64,000 nt of DNA, from assembly GCF_009914755.1 (NCBI RefSeq), contig NC_060931.1. One strand, written 5' to 3'. Positions 60,836-64,000 of this stretch are shown here, piece after piece. A program made the translations under genes and the position numbers. The notes under the pieces were generated by a model. That model was not told the DNA's origin. It searched no databases and saw only the letters and a list, made by a program, of their open reading frames with translations. The stretch comes from the human T2T-CHM13v2.0 reference genome, Homo sapiens. Every line of letters starts with the position of its first letter. The stretch's first letter is position 1.

Positions 60836-62577
60836 GTTAGCAAACCTGGAGGCAAAAGCTACTTGTAACTGGAAAAGCCTTTCCGGTTAATCTACTTAAA
60901 GTGGGGACCAATTTCACACTAAACCACAAGGGAAAGGCTTTGCAGGAACTAAATTACAAAACAAAAACTATATAAATGCATTCATTTTAACGTTACCTTT
61001 AACACAGTTGAGGTAATGTTTGCAACTAAGCACTAAATCTTAGAATAAAGAACAAAACCCCACACAAGCTGATGTCATTGTCGTAATCTCTCTGACAGAT
61101 TGTGTGAAAGCAAAGTGCAACAGCCTCCTTTGACCTCCAGGGCAGCATCCAAAAGGACCATTTTTGAAAAAAATATTGAAGGGCCTCTTCAGACTCCAGA
61201 GGCCTTTCTTACCCTTTGATATTCAGATTGGGCTTTGATGCACCTATCTTGTCATCGCCTTCCCTGGGATGTGCAGTTTCTCTTTGCAATGGAGTTGCAT
61301 TGTATTTGTGTTGTATTGTCTTACACTATCTAGAGATTGACAGGCACAGACTCTCTCCAGGGGTTGGGGAACCCTCGGCAAGATAGGGAGAGTCCTCTGA
61401 GTATGTGGACGGTTTACTGATGAACAGTTTCTTTTTATAGTGATTTCTATTTCCCTGCACAACCTCACAACTCAAGGACATTGAGAACTCCCTGTAATGG
61501 CACCGCTGTATCACCAGGGCTGTCAGGAAGCTGGCTAGAGGGCCCACCATTAAGCTGGAACCACAGGAGGTTAAGGGGGTTGGAGGGAGACCCATCCCTA
61601 AAACAGAACGGGGAAGGTGGAGGTGTGACTGATGCAGGCACTGCCAGGGCTGAGGAGGGGGTGTCTGGCAGGTCCAGAGGAAAATCACAGAGCCGGTGAC
61701 CCCGGGACCCAGTCTTGGGTTCTAAGTGGAGAGGCATCTGCTAGATGCACAAGTGTGCCTGTGGGAAGAACATCGTCATTCCGTTCAGTGAATATGGACT
61801 GGATACAGAATGCGTGTCACACTTCTGCTGGGCCCCCGGGATCTTACAGCTGGGAGGCATAAGAGTTCAGCTCAATATGCCAAGACAGGACCACACAGAT
61901 TTGGAGGGAGCAGAGGAGGCAGGGAAGAGGGGCACAGAAGACCTCTTGGATGTGGCAGATGACAAGAAGTTTAGTTTGGCTAGAGTGCAGGGCATGGCCA
62001 TAGGCAGAGGTCAAACCAGCCTTGTCCCTCCAGAGAGCAGAGCAGAACCATGGCAGACTCCCCTTCACTTCACCCTGCTGTCCCAGCCAGCTGCAACCTC
62101 ACCAGAAATCAATCTCCTTTCCTGACAGCCTTTTAGTGTTTCAAACCAAGTGACCTGGCATGATCATGTGTCCTATTCAGGAAAAGTAGCTCTCACCTAG
62201 GTATCTTAAAAAAAAGGGAAAAAGATAAGTTCCCCTGCTCTCCCAGAAGACCTGAGCCCTGCAGGGAGGGTCTCGAGCCAGAGAGCTCCAGGACAGCCTC
62301 ACTGGAGGGGTGGCTCTCGGAATGTCCACCACAGGGAGAGCCCAGTCTGGGTCTGTTTCTCGGGGCCATTGTTAAGGTTGGCTCCCTCCTATCCCGAGGA
62401 CAGGCTTTGAAGGAGAAGCTCTGGGAAGCCCCGAGGAAGGGCAGGAGAAGGGGACCCCTGGAGAAGGAAGGAGGCAGGGCTCACCAGCCTCCCCATACTC
62501 ACTGAGGGTGGCCCTGGGAAGGGCGGCAGAACATAACAACCACCCTGACCCCCGCTTTCCTCTCCTGTGTGTTTCAG

Positions 62578-62648
62578 TTCCAGGAGAGCCCCCGGGATCT
62601 GTCTCAGCGACGCCACACACCACGTCCTCTGTCCTGATACAGTGGCAG
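62578..62648 (+). CDS. SDK1: SDK1 coding exon (71 nt, phase 1-0): VPGEPPGSVSATPHTTSSVLIQWQ
   Basis: Acceptor tgtgtgtttcag|TT; donor CAG|gtaaga. Confidence 0.95.
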
Positions 62649-62933
62649 GTAAGAGCGCGGGGAATCACGCGCGTTTTGTCAAATGTGTTCTCATTTCCCT
62701 GCGCATTCAGCCACAACGGCTGACATGGACTGCAAGCTGAGCCCTGAGCTAAGCGTTTGAGAGTAGAACCAAGGAGACACACCCTCAGACTCAAAAACGC
62801 GAGGGGGAAATGGTGTCAATTATCATCTCGGTGTAATTTCCAAAACATTAGAAGCAGGACTGTGATGCACGTAGAGAATGAACTTGACTCCCCTTATTCA
62901 GGAGGGACCGGCAGGATGGGGAGGCCAGTCTGA

Positions 62934-63510
<577 letters not shown>

Positions 63511-64000
63511 TAATCTCCAATGTGCAGTGAGTTAAATGAAGGCATATTCTTCCAGATAATCACACACTCCTTGTTGGGCCTGCTCAGCAATGCTCCAGTA
63601 AGGCATTGAAGGACACGCTGCCGTCTCTTTCCCTTAGTTTCAATTTTGGGCAATGCTTACTGACAAGTACATTGATGACAAATATAACAGAGGGACAAAA
63701 CTGCCCAAGGAAGGGCTGCAGGCCCCAGGGAGATCCCAGCTGAAGAGTGGGGCGGGGAGCTGTGCGGAGGACTCAGCCCAGGGCCTGTGTAGCCCGGATC
63801 CGGGGCAGACAGATGTTGAGTTTCCCCAGGGCTAGAGCTTGGCCTGGCAGCAGACACAACAGATGGACAGGCAGGGGGCCAAGCACGAGGGCAGAGTCAA
63901 AGTTTCTGGCCCACAGGGAGGTTCCTGAGGCCAGAATGGGGGCTGCTGTGCCAGGGAGCTGGGAACATAGTGGGATGGGGCCAGCATGGGGTGGGTACGG

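Overview
Primate, almost certainly human, genomic DNA (AluY/AluS/AluJ, L1M, MaLR and MER repeats). The whole window lies inside the SDK1 (sidekick cell adhesion molecule 1) gene on the + strand. Ten GT-AG coding exons (13481-62648, 1476 nt, 492 codons) splice in frame and encode consecutive fibronectin type III repeats. Neither the start nor the stop codon of the full-length gene is in the window. The rest is intronic: about 20 Alus, LTR/L1/DNA-transposon relics, two minisatellites and several microsatellites. Almost all ORFs in the supplied track are spurious. Best leads: (1) a putative spliced antisense transcript whose four minus-strand exons (37053-36926, 34000-33849, 33187-33139, 33032 onward) join in one frame, one of them lying inside an SDK1 coding exon; (2) a G-rich 30-bp VNTR just upstream of a possible internal start for a short SDK1 isoform; (3) an L1/Alu junction at ~21424 that looks like a deletion scar; (4) a six-copy MYC-Pu27-type G-quadruplex repeat next to tandem E-boxes.
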